From Parcubacteria bacterium C7867-005 (GTDB taxonomy: Bacteria; Patescibacteriota; Minisyncoccia; Phycocordibacterales; Zambryskibacteraceae): DNA of 64,000 nucleotides. The stretch's first letter is position 1, and the number at the start of each line of letters is the position of its first letter. The position numbers and the translations under genes were made by a program. Shown here piece by piece: positions 28,191 through 36,609 of the stretch. The notes beneath the pieces are model-generated. The model was not told the DNA's origin. It saw only the letters and a program-made list of their open reading frames with translations, and did not search any database. Location of the stretch: positions 126,984 to 190,983 of the forward strand of contig LFCO01000003.1 of assembly GCA_001189165.1 (NCBI GenBank). The letters are read 5' to 3'.

Positions 28191-28367
28191 AGGTAGTATC
28201 TTTTGGTTGTTCCACTTTAAAGATTAATTTGAAACGTTCGCTTTCGGTAACGACGCCTTACAGAAATACGGTCCACTCCACCCTCAGATAATAGGATTCG
28301 CCTCAAATACGGCTTAAATAAACGTTTTATTGCATTGAGGACCTCGAAAGCGGCTTAAAAACCGCAT

Positions 28368-29897
28368 ATGTCAATTAAATTAGCCCTACTGCTCTCACTC
28401 CTCTCTGCTTCGGCAGGTATAGGTTTTGGTTATTTACTGCGCCTCATTATATCTCTCGGCAAGAAGGGCTCCATGGAGCTTGATATCAAGCAAATGGAAC
28501 TCAAGGCTAGAGAGGACGCCCAACTCATAATTTCTGAAGCGGAATCCAAGGCTTCAGAACTGTTAGAAAAGGCTGAAGGTAACCTGAATGAACGAGAGGA
28601 TCGTGCCAAGAAAACTGAAGACAGGTTAGTCAAAAAAGAAGAATTTTTAGATAAGAGACAGGTAGATATAGATAAGGAAGCCGAATATATCAAAGAAAAA
28701 GCGACAGAAATAAGAAACATCAAAGAAAAAGCAGATGAGCTTATTGGAGCCAGGAATCAGGAGTTGGCGAAGGTTGCCGGTCTTTCTACGGCGGAGGCCA
28801 AAGAGGAACTTTTGAGGGTTGTTGAAAAACAGTCAGAAGAAGATCTCCTTATCAGGATGCAAAAGATGGATAATCAGGTTGATGAGAAGCTTGCAGACAA
28901 AGCTCGTGAGATTTTGGCTACGGTCATACAGCGACTGGCTTCTTCGGTTTCTGGTGAGGTTATGGCCACCTCCGTTCCCCTCCCCTCTGATGATTTGAAG
29001 GGCAAGATTATAGGCAAGGAAGGTAGAAACATCAAAGCTTTTGAACGAGCCACTGGAGTTGAGGTGATTGTTGATGATACCCCAGGCTCCATTACCCTTT
29101 CTTCTTTTGATCCGATTAGGAGGGCTGTGGCGAGACTCGCCTTAGAGAACCTAATCACTGATGGGAGGATACAGCCAGCTAAAATCGAAGAATTTGTAGA
29201 GAAGGCTAGGCTAGAAACCAACAAAATAATTAAAGAAAAGGGCGAAGCCGCGGCATTTGAGTGCGGTGTCTACAATCTTGACCCCAAACTACTATCTATT
29301 CTAGGCAGACTTCATTTCAGGACTTCTTACGGACAAAACGTGCTTGCCCACTCTATCGAGATGACCCACCTCGCAGGGATGATTGCAGAAGAACTCGGAG
29401 CAAATGTCCCCATAGCAAAGGCTGGTGCTCTTCTGCACGACATAGGTAAAGCACTCGACCATGAAGTATCTGGTACGCACGTAGAGATCGGTAGGAGAAT
29501 TCTTCAAAAGTTTAATGTTTCAGAAGAGATTATTAAAGCAATGCAGGCCCACCATGGTGAATATCCTTATGAAACCATCGAATCTATTATCGTTCAGACT
29601 GCAGACGCCATATCTGGAGGAAGGCCCGGTGCAAGGAGAGACACGGTTGAGAACTACTTAAAGCGCTTAGAGGATCTAGAGAAAATTGCCCTCTCGTTTG
29701 ACGGTGTAGAAAAGGCTTACGCTCTTCAAGCAGGAAGAGAAATACGTATTTTTGTTACCCCAGACAAGGTTAGTGACCTTGAAGCCCAAAAAATGGCTAG
29801 AGATATAGCTATTCGGATAGAAAGTGAGCTAAAGTACCCTGGGGAAATAAAAGTAAATGTTATACGAGAAGCAAGGACAGTAGAGTTTGCTAGGTAA
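28368..29897 (+). CDS. rny: Ribonuclease Y
   Basis: N-terminal TM, coiled coil, KH domain (KGKIIGKEGRNIKAFE), HD domain (LLHDIGKA...HH). Confidence 0.9.
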   Translation: MSIKLALLLSLLSASAGIGFGYLLRLIISLGKKGSMELDIKQMELKAREDAQLIISEAESKASELLEKAEGNLNEREDRAKKTEDRLVKKEEFLDKRQVDIDKEAEYIKEKATEIRNIKEKADELIGARNQELAKVAGLSTAEAKEELLRVVEKQSEEDLLIRMQKMDNQVDEKLADKAREILATVIQRLASSVSGEVMATSVPLPSDDLKGKIIGKEGRNIKAFERATGVEVIVDDTPGSITLSSFDPIRRAVARLALENLITDGRIQPAKIEEFVEKARLETNKIIKEKGEAAAFECGVYNLDPKLLSILGRLHFRTSYGQNVLAHSIEMTHLAGMIAEELGANVPIAKAGALLHDIGKALDHEVSGTHVEIGRRILQKFNVSEEIIKAMQAHHGEYPYETIESIIVQTADAISGGRPGARRDTVENYLKRLEDLEKIALSFDGVEKAYALQAGREIRIFVTPDKVSDLEAQKMARDIAIRIESELKYPGEIKVNVIREARTVEFAR

Positions 29898-30015
29898 GCC
29901 TTTTTTGAGGGTCCAAATATCTAGGTTGCTTAAAAAATGGCTTCGTATATAATTTTTATGGGCTAAGAACCTAAAAGAATTTGTTTATTAGATGAGTTTA
30001 AATGCAAGTAATTAC

Positions 30016-30288
30016 ATGAATAAAGTAGCAATAGTAGAAGCAGTACATGCAAAACTTGGTGGAACCAAAGTACAGGCAGAAGAAGTTGTAGATACAGTGA
30101 TTGATTCAATCGTCAATTCTCTAAAGAAAGGAGGCGAAGTTTCTATCGCAGGACTAGGAATCTTCTCAACCAAAGTACGCGCCGCTCGCCAAGCCAGAAA
30201 TCCTCGCACTGGTGAATCTATCTCCGTACCTTCTATGCGTGTTCCAAAGTTTAGACCTGCCAAGGCTCTAAAGGATGCAGTAAAATAA
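30016..30288 (+). CDS. hup: DNA-binding protein HU
   Basis: MNKVAIVEAV...GLGIFSTKVRAARQARNPRTGESISVPSMRVPKFRPAKALKDAV is canonical HU; start moved to internal Met. Confidence 0.9.
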   Translation: MNKVAIVEAVHAKLGGTKVQAEEVVDTVIDSIVNSLKKGGEVSIAGLGIFSTKVRAARQARNPRTGESISVPSMRVPKFRPAKALKDAVK

Positions 30289-30310
30289 TATTTATTTTAT
30301 CTACTCACAA

Positions 30311-30346
30311 AAATCCCGTTCCGAGCTTCGGAACGGGATTTTTGTT
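30311..30346. terminator. Bidirectional Rho-independent terminator between hup(+) and cca(-)
   Basis: atcccgttccg-agctt-cggaacgggat hairpin flanked by A-run and T-run. Confidence 0.6.
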
Positions 30347-31821
30347 TATCTAACAGCATGCTTACTTTTTATTTTCTCTATCTCTCTTTCATCTTCGGAT
30401 TCATTCTTTGTTCTAGCTTCTTTGCCCAACCGCTTTAGTTCATCTGTTTTCATTTTATATAGTTCCAAAACTTTTTTCCCCAATATTTCTTTGTTGTTCA
30501 ATGATGGATTTTCTAAAACTTCAGACAAGAGTATTTCTAAAATATCACCAACATGAGAGCCGCCTTTAGAATTTGTTAAATTCATGATGTCATTTCCGTT
30601 AACTGCCAATTGCTTCACAGAGATCGGATCCCTCATAACCTCCTCTATCATCGATTTATATTTTCGAAGTCGGTATGGGGCTTCTTTTGGCCTTCCTGTG
30701 CCAATTCTATCTGCTGTTCTGACATCGATTAGGTCCCATATGAGTTCCGGACTGACATTCCTAACCATCCTTCTAACGGCAGATAAAGATATCTCTTCTG
30801 TGTCAGAAAAGAACATATGCCACCTAACTAATTTTGTAACTTTCTCTATTGTCTCTTTAGGAAACTTTAAATCCGTGAGTGCAGACTTGGTTATTCTGGC
30901 CCCCACGACTTCATGCCCGTAGAATGTCCATTGGTTATTCTGCCATTTTTTTGTGTGGGGTTTGGCGATATCATGAAAAAGTGCAGACAGTCTGACATAC
31001 AGAGGAAAATTTTTCTTACTCGCATGTTCCAGAGATCTCAATAGGTGTTCCCAGACGGTATATGCATGAGCCTGGTTTTGTTCCACCCCCACCCCCTTTT
31101 CTAGATCAAGAGAGATATATTTGATTATCCCCAAACGCATCGCCAGATCGAGAGTCGCCGCTGGTGAGTCAGACATTATTATTTTGATGAACTCGTCTCT
31201 GATGCGTTCCTTAGAAATATGTTTGAGGAGATTCACATTATCGCTTATAGCCACAAGCGTTTCGTGTTCTATGACGAATCCCAATGTGCACGACAGCCGT
31301 ACCGCGCGGAGCATCCTCAGCGCGTCTTCATTGAACCTATCGCTCGCCTTCCCCACTGTCTTGATGACTTCTTTGTCTAGATCCGCCTGTCCATCAAAGG
31401 GATCAACTATCTTTTTGTTTTGAATGTCGTATGCAATCGAGTTTATAGTGAAATCTCTACGAGCCAAGTCCTCTTCTATTGTCTTGCCCCACAAGACCCT
31501 GTCTGGTCTACGGTAGTCAGAATAATCAGACTCAATTCTATAAGGAGTAACCTCAACTATCTCCAGGGTTTTATCTTCTTCTCCTTCACTTACTACTCCA
31601 ACTGTCCCGTATTCATTCTCATAAAATGTTTTGGGAAACAAACCGATGATTTGTTCCGGACTAGCTATTGAGGCAATGTCCCAGTCCTTGGGCTTATTCC
31701 CCATCAAGACATCTCGGACACATCCACCGACAAGATAATTTTCGAATCCTGCATCAGAAAGAACCTGAGATATTTCTCTGATTTTTTTGGGGATTCCTAA
31801 TTCTATCTTTGCATTTTTCAT
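30346..31821 (-). CDS. cca: CCA-adding tRNA nucleotidyltransferase (polyA-polymerase head domain plus HD domain)
   Basis: LVGGCVRDVLMG...DWDI nucleotidyltransferase motif; C-terminal HD motif (LFHDIAKP). Confidence 0.85.
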   Translation of the reverse strand: MKNAKIELGIPKKIREISQVLSDAGFENYLVGGCVRDVLMGNKPKDWDIASIASPEQIIGLFPKTFYENEYGTVGVVSEGEEDKTLEIVEVTPYRIESDYSDYRRPDRVLWGKTIEEDLARRDFTINSIAYDIQNKKIVDPFDGQADLDKEVIKTVGKASDRFNEDALRMLRAVRLSCTLGFVIEHETLVAISDNVNLLKHISKERIRDEFIKIIMSDSPAATLDLAMRLGIIKYISLDLEKGVGVEQNQAHAYTVWEHLLRSLEHASKKNFPLYVRLSALFHDIAKPHTKKWQNNQWTFYGHEVVGARITKSALTDLKFPKETIEKVTKLVRWHMFFSDTEEISLSAVRRMVRNVSPELIWDLIDVRTADRIGTGRPKEAPYRLRKYKSMIEEVMRDPISVKQLAVNGNDIMNLTNSKGGSHVGDILEILLSEVLENPSLNNKEILGKKVLELYKMKTDELKRLGKEARTKNESEDEREIEKIKSKHAVR

Positions 31822-31863
31822 AAGTTCTAAGCTTGAAGCTAAAACCTGTAACCCCTATTCTAG

Positions 31864-31935
31864 TGCCCCCAGCAGGAATCGAACCCACATCCCTTGTTCC
31901 GAAGACAAGTACTCTATCCGTTGAGCTATGGGGGC
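31864..31935 (-). tRNA. tRNA, anticodon loop reads cuUCGga (probable tRNA-Arg TCG)
   Basis: Hand-folded cloverleaf: acceptor gccccca/tgggggc, D-arm, anticodon stem cttgt/acaag, T-loop ttcgatt. Isotype assignment tentative. Confidence 0.7.
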
Positions 31936-31977
31936 AGTATTCACATCCTACAGCATAAACAAGCCACAAAAAAGATG

Positions 31978-32048
31978 TGCGGGATGGGGGAATCGAACTC
32001 CCGACCACAGTTTGGAAAACTGTCGTTTTACCACTAAACTAATCCCGC
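31978..32048 (-). tRNA. tRNA-Trp (CCA)
   Basis: Cloverleaf gcgggat...cagtt-ttCCAaa-aactg...ggttcgattcc...atcccgc; anticodon CCA. Confidence 0.85.
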
Positions 32049-32115
32049 AATATCTATAATCTGAGAAACAGACTCAAATCTAGCAAATATAAGCAATTCT
32101 ATCAATTCTACTTTG

Positions 32116-32187
32116 TCGGGGCGCCGAGAATCGAACTCGGACCACATGCTCCCAAAGCAAGTATACTACCACTATACTACGCCCCGT
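32116..32187 (-). tRNA. tRNA-Pro (TGG) (one T-T mismatch in anticodon stem)
   Basis: Acceptor cggggcg/cgccccg, T-arm ccgag-ttcgatt-ctcgg, anticodon loop ttTGGga. Confidence 0.7.
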
Positions 32188-32311
32188 AAGAACGTATCCT
32201 AGCATGGTGAGCCCCTATTTCAAACCCAGGCTCGATTTTTTCATTCGAATACGCTATGATTTTCTTCACGCTTTGAGTTATTCGCGGGCTTGCCTGCCGA
32301 GCGTAACATAT

Positions 32312-32382
32312 GCGGGTATGGTTTAGTGGTAGAATGCGTCCTTGCCAAGGACGAGACGGGAGTTCGATTCTCCCTACCCGCA
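32312..32382 (+). tRNA. tRNA-Gly (GCC)
   Basis: gcgggta...cgtcc-ttGCCaa-ggacg...gggagttcgattctccc...tacccgc; anticodon GCC. Confidence 0.85.
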
Positions 32383-32404
32383 CATTTCGATATCTAGCTT
32401 TCTT

Positions 32405-32809
32405 TTAGATGATTATGTTTTCTAGTATTTCTACTCTGGCTACCCTGCTCTCCATCTGTATTTTGACTGTGACTATGTCCAATTGCCAATCAGAGTCGAC
32501 TCCCTTTTCCAGTAGATAGGTTTGAATCACTCTAGATAGACGTTTAAGTTTCTGTGGATGTACATTCTCCTCTGGCCTGTAAGCACCCATTGTTTCAGGT
32601 GTAACGTTTTGAAGTGTTGCACATGAAACACTTTTAACCTCAATAAATCTAAATACCCTACCTTTTTGAGCAATAATGTCTATTTCTCCCCATTTTCTAA
32701 GGTAATTTCTCTCAATAATCTTAAACCCCTTCTTTTCCAGGAAACTACAGGCAATATTTTCCCCCAGATCTCCAGTTTTTCTTTTTTCAGTTCGATTGTC
32801 CAGTTTCAT
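32405..32809 (-). CDS. YraN-family (UPF0102) endonuclease-like protein
   Basis: GEDIACSFLEKKGFKII..NYLRKWGEIDIIA...RFIEVK pattern of the YraN/UPF0102 family. Confidence 0.7.
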   Translation of the reverse strand: MKLDNRTEKRKTGDLGENIACSFLEKKGFKIIERNYLRKWGEIDIIAQKGRVFRFIEVKSVSCATLQNVTPETMGAYRPEENVHPQKLKRLSRVIQTYLLEKGVDSDWQLDIVTVKIQMESRVARVEILENIII

Positions 32810-33034
32810 GAATAACATTCTATAATAGTTTCACGTGAAATCAAACTATCAAAATATGGCTTAAAATAATGGACAAACAGTATTTGACTTATAAAACTGT
32901 CTTTTTAGTACCCAGTTTCCCCATAGTTATCCACAGATTGAGTCGTTTATGTTGTAATTCTCTTGATATGAAAGGATATTTCCATATTTCGTATGTTAGA
33001 GTCAGATTTCTAATGGACTTGTGAGGGACAAATT

Positions 33035-33320
33035 GAAAACCGCCTCGGGGGCGATCCCGGGCGGTGTGTCCAACTGGTGGACGGTCCAACGAATGGACAG
33101 AAAGATAGTTTCAGAGGAACGAGGTGGGGTAGGCGTACACTGTCGCAAAAAATAAATGAAGATTGGGGACAAGTAGCTTTCACCGGGTCTCGAACTGACC
33201 GAACACGTCTTTCGTGGAAGCAAGCTTGCTTCCGGTACTGATGCTTGAATTGTGCTTTGTTCAAACTCTCTTCAAGCGTCTGCAAACAGTATACTCCCAT
33301 AAGAGACAAAATTTATATTT
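33035..33320 (-). ncRNA. Candidate structured non-coding RNA of unassigned class, ending in an intrinsic terminator
   Basis: About 280-nt intergenic stretch, GC-richer than surrounding DNA, with multiple perfect hairpins (ggaagcaag/cttgcttcc; gtcca-ccagt-tggac; gcttgaa...ttcaagc). On the minus strand it ends in hairpin ccgcccgggatcgcccccgaggcgg followed by ttttcaattt. Overlapping six-frame ORFs lack protein-like composition. Confidence 0.35.
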
Positions 33321-33376
33321 AAAACTGTGGATAACTCTGGCCAATCAAATTATATTTGTCCTTTTGTTATATGGCT

Positions 33377-34147
33377 CTAATTAAAGGTTATTTGGATAGG
33401 GCAGTGATCTGATCCTAGTATTGTGTCGAGAATATGAACAGACTTTATATTTTTTAATATATTTTCACTGCAGAAAAAGTAATCAATTCTCCAACCAACA
33501 TTTCTTTCTCTGGCATAAGTCTTCATGTCCCAATAGGTATACATATCTTTTTTATCTGGATTGAAGTGTCTATAGACATCGGTCCAACCGTGCTCTATGA
33601 GTTTGTCTACCCACGCCCTTTCTATGGGCAGGAATCCTACATGGTTGATATTTTCTTTGGGTCTGGCGATATCTATTTCTCTGTGAGCCACGTTTACATC
33701 ACCACAAAAGATGATATTTGGCTCCGTTTCCCTTAATTTGTCCACAAATTCTAAGAAATGCTCATAAAACTTTAGTTTATACTCTAGGCGCTCAGGGGCA
33801 CCCCCGCCGTTAGGGAAGTAGATGTTCAAAAGCGTGAAATCTTTATATTTAGCCATTATTAGTCGACCTTCTTGGTCCATATCTTCTATGCCCAGATCAT
33901 TTTTCACTTCTAATGGTTTTATCTTGGAGTAGATAGCCACACCACTGTAGCCCTTTTTAATGGTAGGGAAATGAAAATACGAGCAGTAGTCGTCTGGCCT
34001 CCTTAGTTCATCCGAAAGTTGTTCGGGGAGAGACTTTGTTTCCTGTAAGCACAGAATATCTGGCTTTTCTTCCAAAATTCTTTTGAATTGTCCCTTGCGG
34101 TCAACCGCTCTTAATCCATTCACATTCCAAGAGATGATAGTTGTCAT
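33377..34147 (-). CDS. xth: Exodeoxyribonuclease III (AP endonuclease)
   Basis: ISWNVNGLRA...ILCLQETK...SDHCP motifs of the Xth/APE1 family. Confidence 0.9.
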   Translation of the reverse strand: MTTIISWNVNGLRAVDRKGQFKRILEEKPDILCLQETKSLPEQLSDELRRPDDYCSYFHFPTIKKGYSGVAIYSKIKPLEVKNDLGIEDMDQEGRLIMAKYKDFTLLNIYFPNGGGAPERLEYKLKFYEHFLEFVDKLRETEPNIIFCGDVNVAHREIDIARPKENINHVGFLPIERAWVDKLIEHGWTDVYRHFNPDKKDMYTYWDMKTYARERNVGWRIDYFFCSENILKNIKSVHILDTILGSDHCPIQITFN

Positions 34148-34202
34148 AAATAAATTATCTCATGATATAATTTTTAAAGCTCATAAAAATTTATAGATCA
34201 TT

Positions 34203-34712
34203 ATGGAACCAAACATTGAACAAACAAGTCATCCAGTGAGAACGGTACTTCTTATTTTGGGTCTGGTAGTTCTGGCATTGATCGTCGTCTTTTGTTTTAG
34301 ATATGGGTTTCGATATCCAAAACAAGATTTCTCCAGTGAAAAGGTTCTCGTACAAAACACAGATCTTGCTACAGCAGAAGGGGAGAATAAACTTCCAGCA
34401 GGTTTCCCTAAAGAGATTCCTGTAGAGATAAATAACATAACAGAGAGTGTCACTTTGTCATACCCTGAGAGGGGGGCCACTCTATACTCTGTGGCCTACC
34501 AGTCAGCAAGGGGAACGTCTGATCTTTCGAATTTATACTCCAAATTTATCAAAGATAACAACTTTATCCTCTCAAACGCGAACGACAAGTTAGAGAAGGG
34601 TGAGACAAAGATGACTTTCCTCTCTACTAAGAACAATGATGATCTGTCTATTACCATCACCAAACTAGCTACCGGTAATACAATTCAGATTAGTTTTTTA
34701 GATAGACAATAA
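34203..34712 (+). CDS. Hypothetical N-terminally anchored protein
   Basis: TM helix VLLILGLVVLALIVVF; 169 aa; precedes the pilus operon. Confidence 0.45.
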   Translation: MEPNIEQTSHPVRTVLLILGLVVLALIVVFCFRYGFRYPKQDFSSEKVLVQNTDLATAEGENKLPAGFPKEIPVEINNITESVTLSYPERGATLYSVAYQSARGTSDLSNLYSKFIKDNNFILSNANDKLEKGETKMTFLSTKNNDDLSITITKLATGNTIQISFLDRQ

Positions 34713-34716
34713 AATC

Positions 34717-36582
34717 ATGAAAAAACAACTAACACTCATACTTTCAGTTTTTATTCTCAGCTTATTTGTATTACCCAGCAGTGCGAGTGCTCAAACTTAT
34801 CCATATAACCCTAGTCCAAACTGCTCGATCACATCATTTGGGGTTAGTCCCACATCGATGACCGCAGAAAACACAGCTACTGTTTCTTGGACAGGAGCAT
34901 ATTGCGGTGAGATATATGTGAGTTCGGATGCCGGAGAACAATATGGACCTTACACTGATGTGAATCGCTCTATCTCTGTTTCCGGATATCCAAATACTGT
35001 TACTTATGAAATATCAGGAGTAATAGAAGAATGTAGCTATGAAGAGTTCGGTACTTGTATGAGTTACTCGACAAATACATACAACTTGGGGAGTAGATCA
35101 ATAAATATAAACGGCGAAGCTCCAACTGCGGATGTAGCAGATGTAACGGGATGCCTCGTCTCTTTCTCGGCTAGCCCTTCTGTGACATCTTCAAACAGCA
35201 CTACTCTAAACTGGACCAGTAGTTGTGGAACTCTGTACCTTAATGACGGTGTCTCCAGTGTTGCTGTTCCGTCAAGCGGTTCCGCTTCTAGAACTTTACA
35301 TAAAGGTGTCAACGCTTTCTCTCTTTCTGCTACAACCTGGTTTGGGGCAATTTGCGGAGGTTGGCCTGGCGATACAGGAGGATGTCAGTCTATCGGTATG
35401 AGCAACGCAGTGGGGACACTCAGTGTCTTCAATGTTAATCCAGTACCAGCGACTGTAACTGTTAACTCTTGTGCAGCCGGTGGATCGTTCTCTATAACTG
35501 GTCCGGGTGGTTATGTAAACTATGGACCATATTATTTTTATGGCACAGACACTAACACCGCATCACCGGCATCAGTTTATCCATCTGCTGGGGGAAGTAC
35601 TTACACCATCTCTTATACACCACCATCAGGTTACACCGCCTCTATTTCTCCTGCGTCAGGTCAAGTCATGTATCCGAACGGTACCTATAGCTTCACAGCA
35701 ACTTGTACACCAACCGGCCCCGTCCCAGAAGTTACTATCTCCGCGAGTCCAACCAGTGGGTCAGTTAATTCTGTTAACCCACAGATATCTTGGAGCGTGA
35801 CGAATACTCCGACATCCTGTACCGCTTCTGGTGACTGGTCTGGGACCAAGGCTGCTTCTGGTACAAATGAGTCACAGGGAGTTCTTACTAGTGTCAGACA
35901 ATATACCTATACCCTCACCTGTATCAATGCCAATGGTCAAGATTCTGAAAGTGCCTATGTTGATGTCACGGTCACGCCACCAGCATTTAACTATTCTTTA
36001 GGGAATTCCGGAACAAGTTCGGTTACCAAAGGTGGTGTTGATGTTTATACGCAGAACACTATCACCAAGACATTAACCGCAGGAGCCTCACAGTCAGTGG
36101 ATTTGAGTCTCTCAAACGTACCTTCTGGTGTCTCGTACTCATTCGCTAATCAGACCTGTTCACCAACCTGCTCTACGGCTATAAACTTTACAATTTCTCC
36201 GAGTGCCACCGCCGGTGATCATACGATTAATGTCACAGGCTCTCCTTTGAGTAAAACAACATCCTTCACCCTGAGAATAATCGCATCCCCAGCAATTATA
36301 GTTTCCTGCACGGCCACTCCAAGTGGTGCGAGAATCGGAGACACCGTGACATGGAACGCCACTGTGTCTGGTGGAGTGCCACCATATACCTATAGATGGA
36401 CCGGTACAAATGTTCCAACAACTCCTGCTCCACTTACTCAATCATTTAACATCGTCTACTCTACTGTTGGACAAAAGAACGCGATGCTCACTGTCACTGA
36501 CTCATTATCAAATTCTGGTTCGTGTTCTTCTCCGCAAGGACAAATACAAATAAACTTCAATCCAATATTTGAAGAGTTTTAG
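34717..36582 (+). CDS. Large secreted Ser/Thr/Gly-rich, Cys-containing repetitive protein (candidate pilus-associated adhesin)
   Basis: Signal peptide then 600 aa of beta-rich S/T/G-rich sequence with paired Cys; first gene of the pilB-pilC-pilin operon. Confidence 0.5.
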   Translation: MKKQLTLILSVFILSLFVLPSSASAQTYPYNPSPNCSITSFGVSPTSMTAENTATVSWTGAYCGEIYVSSDAGEQYGPYTDVNRSISVSGYPNTVTYEISGVIEECSYEEFGTCMSYSTNTYNLGSRSININGEAPTADVADVTGCLVSFSASPSVTSSNSTTLNWTSSCGTLYLNDGVSSVAVPSSGSASRTLHKGVNAFSLSATTWFGAICGGWPGDTGGCQSIGMSNAVGTLSVFNVNPVPATVTVNSCAAGGSFSITGPGGYVNYGPYYFYGTDTNTASPASVYPSAGGSTYTISYTPPSGYTASISPASGQVMYPNGTYSFTATCTPTGPVPEVTISASPTSGSVNSVNPQISWSVTNTPTSCTASGDWSGTKAASGTNESQGVLTSVRQYTYTLTCINANGQDSESAYVDVTVTPPAFNYSLGNSGTSSVTKGGVDVYTQNTITKTLTAGASQSVDLSLSNVPSGVSYSFANQTCSPTCSTAINFTISPSATAGDHTINVTGSPLSKTTSFTLRIIASPAIIVSCTATPSGARIGDTVTWNATVSGGVPPYTYRWTGTNVPTTPAPLTQSFNIVYSTVGQKNAMLTVTDSLSNSGSCSSPQGQIQINFNPIFEEF

Positions 36583-36609
36583 AAATTGAAAGCATGATAA
36601 GATAAATTC

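Noticed and set aside
28191-28367. 177-bp region upstream of rny as a possible riboswitch or leader RNA
   Set aside because: Only short hairpins and no recognisable riboswitch core motif; treated as an ordinary 5' UTR.
31754-32383. ORFs 31754-32008 (-) and 32177-32383 (-) overlapping the tRNA genes
   Set aside because: They run through tRNA cloverleaves; the tRNAs are much better supported.
32889-33309. Three overlapping small minus-strand ORFs (66-99 aa) in the yraN-xth intergenic region
   Set aside because: Cys/Arg/Pro-rich, no SD, overlapping each other; the region looks like structured RNA instead.
33035-33320. Assigning the candidate RNA as SRP RNA, RNase P RNA or tmRNA
   Set aside because: The SRP domain-IV-like segment does not pair correctly (C-C mismatch, competing perfect palindrome). 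The conserved RNase P P4 blocks (GGAAAGUCCGGGC / ACAGAACCCGGCUUA) are absent. No tmRNA tag reading frame or tRNA-like 3' end found. Left as an unassigned class.
33326-33334. Perfect DnaA-box consensus TTATCCACA (as tgtggataa on plus strand)
   Set aside because: Single isolated 9-mer; expected by chance roughly once in a window this size and far from dnaA. Noted only because it sits just upstream of the candidate ncRNA.
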